64,000 nucleotides of DNA from Convolutriloba macropyga (Eukaryota). The notes beneath the pieces were generated by a model, which saw only the letters and a program-made list of their open reading frames with translations, made no database searches and was not told the origin of the DNA. The stretch is from positions 1,736,001-1,800,000 of the forward strand of contig NC_134479.1 in assembly GCF_964194025.1 (NCBI RefSeq). The letters are read 5' to 3'. Both the position numbers and the translations under genes were made by a program. This document shows positions 61,001-64,000 of this stretch, piece by piece (position 1 is the stretch's first letter; every line of letters starts with the position of its first letter).

Positions 61001-64000
61001 CCGCGAGCCAAAATAAAGGAGTTGAAAGAGTAGACATAAGAGGCAAGTGTGCTAAGATCTGCGAACTCCGAAAGAGCTCAAAAAAATGGGCACTAAAGTG
61101 AAGGTAACAACAATTGTTCCCTCCACGATAACGGAAACGTTGAGGTAGATAATTAATGAGCAAGAAATCAATGAAACATCTAATTTCTACGAAGGTCCTT
61201 GGGCAAGTCACTCGACTTCATCAGGAATGGAGACTCTGAAAGAACGAAAGTCAGCGCATAAAAGATATCTTGCAAACAAGTGTCCAAAAGACAGGGTCGA
61301 AAGCGATGAACTTAAGAAAATTAAGGAAATTACATCAGACTGTAAAGATCGCGCCATCGAAACCCGACCGAAGAATGCTGCAGATTGTTATTACCTATGC
61401 TCCCACAGAAAACTGAAGAAAAGGAGTATATGCAGTATCTGCAAGAGCTGAAGGAGGCTTGCAACTTACGTTCCTTAAAAGTACAGTCATCGATTGAGTT
61501 CCAGCTACTTATACTCGGACATCTTAACGCAACACTAGGAAAGGAGATGCATGAGCATCTACCCAAACATGTTGGAAGATTCCTTCCTGAAGAAAATAGC
61601 AGGATTGGGGAACTCATGACTTAAATAATGACCGAGTTGAGGCTTCTCATCAACAATAGTTTCTTCAAGAAAAAAGAAACCAAGAAGATGAGCTGGCGAC
61701 ATCCAGGGACAAGCAACATCTCAGTAAAAGATTAATGTCTAAGTCCACTGAACTCGAATATAATGGTTCAGGACTTAAGGTTTTCCTGGTGCGACAGTCA
61801 AGACAGCGATAATGCAATGATGATACTGCACATTAGGGAAAAAATTCCTAGAAAACCGCGAGCCAAAATAAAGGAGTTGAAAGAGTAGACATAAGAGGCA
61901 AGTGTGATAAGATCTGCGAACTCCGAAAGAGCTCGAAAAAATGGTCACTAAAGTGAAGGCTACAACAATTGTTCCCGCCACGATAACGGAAACGTTGAGG
62001 TAGATAATTAATGAGCAAGAAATCAATGAAACATCTAATTTCTACGAAGGTCCTTGGGCAAGTCACTTGACTTCATCAGGAAGGGAGACTCTGAAAGAAC
62101 GAAAGTCAGCGCATAAAAGATATCTTGCAAACAAGTGTCCAAAAGACAGAGTCGAAAGCGATGAGCTTAAGAAAATTAAGGAAATTACATCAGACTGTAA
62201 AGACCGCGCCATCGAAACGCGACCGAAGAAAGGTGCAGATTGTTATTACCTATGCTCCACAGAAAACTGAAGAAATGGAGTATATGCAGTATCTGCAAGA
62301 GCTGAAGGAGGCTTGCAACTTACGTTCCTTAAAAGTAAAGTCATCGATTGAGTTCCAGCTACTTATACTCGGACATCTTAACGCAACACTAGGAAAGGAG
62401 ATGCATGAGCATCTACCCAAACATGTTGGAAGATTCCTTCCTGAAGAAAATAGCAGGATTGAGGAACTCATGACTTAAATGATCACCGAGTTGAGGCTTC
62501 TCATCAACAATAGTTTCTTTAAAAAAAAAGAAACAAAGAAGATGAGCTGGCGACATCCAGGGACAAGCAACATCTCAGTAGAAGATTAATGTCTAAGTCC
62601 ACGTAACTCGAATATAATGGTTCAGGACTTAAGGTTTTCCTGGTGCGACAGTCAAGACAGCGATCATGCAATGATGATCCCTCAGTATAGGGAAAATATC
62701 CTAGAAAACCGCCACCCAAAATAAAAGAGTTGAAAGAGTAGACATAAGAGGCAAGTGTGATAAGATCTGCGAACTCCGAAAGAGCTCGAAAAAATGGGCA
62801 CTAAAGTGAAGGCAACAACAATTGTTCCCGCCACGATAACGGAAACGTTGAGGTAGATAATTAATGAGCAAGAAATCAATGAAACATCTAATTTCTACGA
62901 AGGTCCTTGGGCAAGTCACTTGAATTCATCAGGAATGGAGACTCTAAGAACGAAAGTCAGCGCATAAAAGATATCTTGCAAACAAGTGTCCAAAAGACGG
63001 AGTCGAAAGCGATGAGCTTAAGAAAATTAAGGAAATTACATCAGACTGTAAAGACCGCGCCATCGAAACCCGACTGAAAAAGCTGCAGATTGTTATTACC
63101 TATGCTCCCACAGAAAACTGAAGAAAAGGAGTATATGCAGTATCTGCAAGAGCTAAGGAGGCTTGCAACTTACGTTCCTTAAAAGTAAACTCATCGAGTG
63201 AGTTCCAGCTACTTATACTCGGACATCTTAACGCAACACTAGGATAGAAGACGCATGAGCATGTACCCAAACATGTTGGAAGATTCCTTCCTGAAGAAAA
63301 CAGCAGGATTGGGGAACTCATGACTTAAATGATCACCGAGTTGAGGCTTCTCATCAACAATAGTTTCTTTAAGAAAAAAGAAACAAAGAAGATGAGCAGG
63401 CTACATCCAGGGACAAGCAACATCTCAGTAAAAGATTAATGTCTAAGTCCACTGAACTCGAATATAATGGTTCAGGACTTAAGATTTTCCTGGGCGACAG
63501 CCAAGACAGCAATCATGCAATGATGATTCTGCACATTAGGGAAAAAATACCTAGAAAACCGCAAGCCAAAATAAAGCAGTTGAAAGAGTAGACATAAGAG
63601 GCAAGTGTGATAAGATCTGCAAACTCCGAAAGAGCTCAAAAAATTGCGCTCTAAAGTGAAGGCAACAGGAACTGTCCGGCAAAGACAATGGAAAGGTTGA
63701 GGCAGATAAGTGGTGAGCAAGAAATCAATGAAATATCCAATTTCTACGGAAGTGCTTGGGCAAGTCACTTGACCTCGTCAGAAATGGAGACTCTGAAAGA
63801 AGGAATGTCAGCGCATAAAAGATATCCCGCAAACAAGCGTCCAAAAGACAGAGTCGAAAGCGATGAGCTTAACAATATTATCAAGGAAATCAGACTGTGA
63901 AGACAGCGCCATCGAAACCCGACCGAAAAGGCTGCAGATTGTTATTACCTATGCTCCCACAGAATACTGAAGAAAAGGGGTATAAGCAGTATCGGGACGA
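57170..64000 (+). repeat. ~850 bp tandem array (8 full units plus the start of a 9th) derived from the RTE endonuclease C-half and linker
   Basis: Anchor TGTTATTACC(T)... recurs at ~57180, 58005, 58840, 59692, 60536, 61386, 62241, 63091, 63940 (spacing ~828-855). Repeated ORF fragments (LLILGHLNATLG, KRYLANKCPKD). Confidence 0.95.

Noticed and set aside
57170-64000. Repeated ORFs as a tandem gene family or repeat protein
   Set aside because: Fragments are frameshifted pieces of a LINE endonuclease with inconsistent stops between units.

Overview
AT-rich, repeat-dense eukaryotic (animal-like) DNA with one assembly gap (11173-11305). There is no prokaryotic gene organisation, and most ORFs in the track are spurious. 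One spliced gene on the minus strand can be reconstructed from five phase-compatible GT-AG coding exons (36641-36228, 26440-25348, 16594-16419, 16188-16041, 4232-4000; about 688 aa so far). It encodes the signal peptide, ANF-receptor ligand-binding domain, TM helix and juxtamembrane region of a receptor guanylyl cyclase (natriuretic-peptide-receptor-like). Its kinase-homology and cyclase exons were not found and probably lie left of the window. The introns and upstream region hold: (i) about 35 ends of non-autonomous Helentron/Helitron2-type elements from at least three end families, all in one orientation, nested in each other and with stacked or swapped 5' end modules; (ii) a decayed 5'-truncated LINE; (iii) a decayed LTR-retroelement-like relic with a class I fusion (env-like) gene; (iv) a ~1.22 kb tandem array; (v) a near-perfect 2228 bp tandem duplication; and (vi) an RTE-type LINE that starts with a twister-ribozyme core and whose endonuclease-linker segment has been amplified into a ~850 bp satellite running off the right edge. 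All calls were made by eye without database searches.
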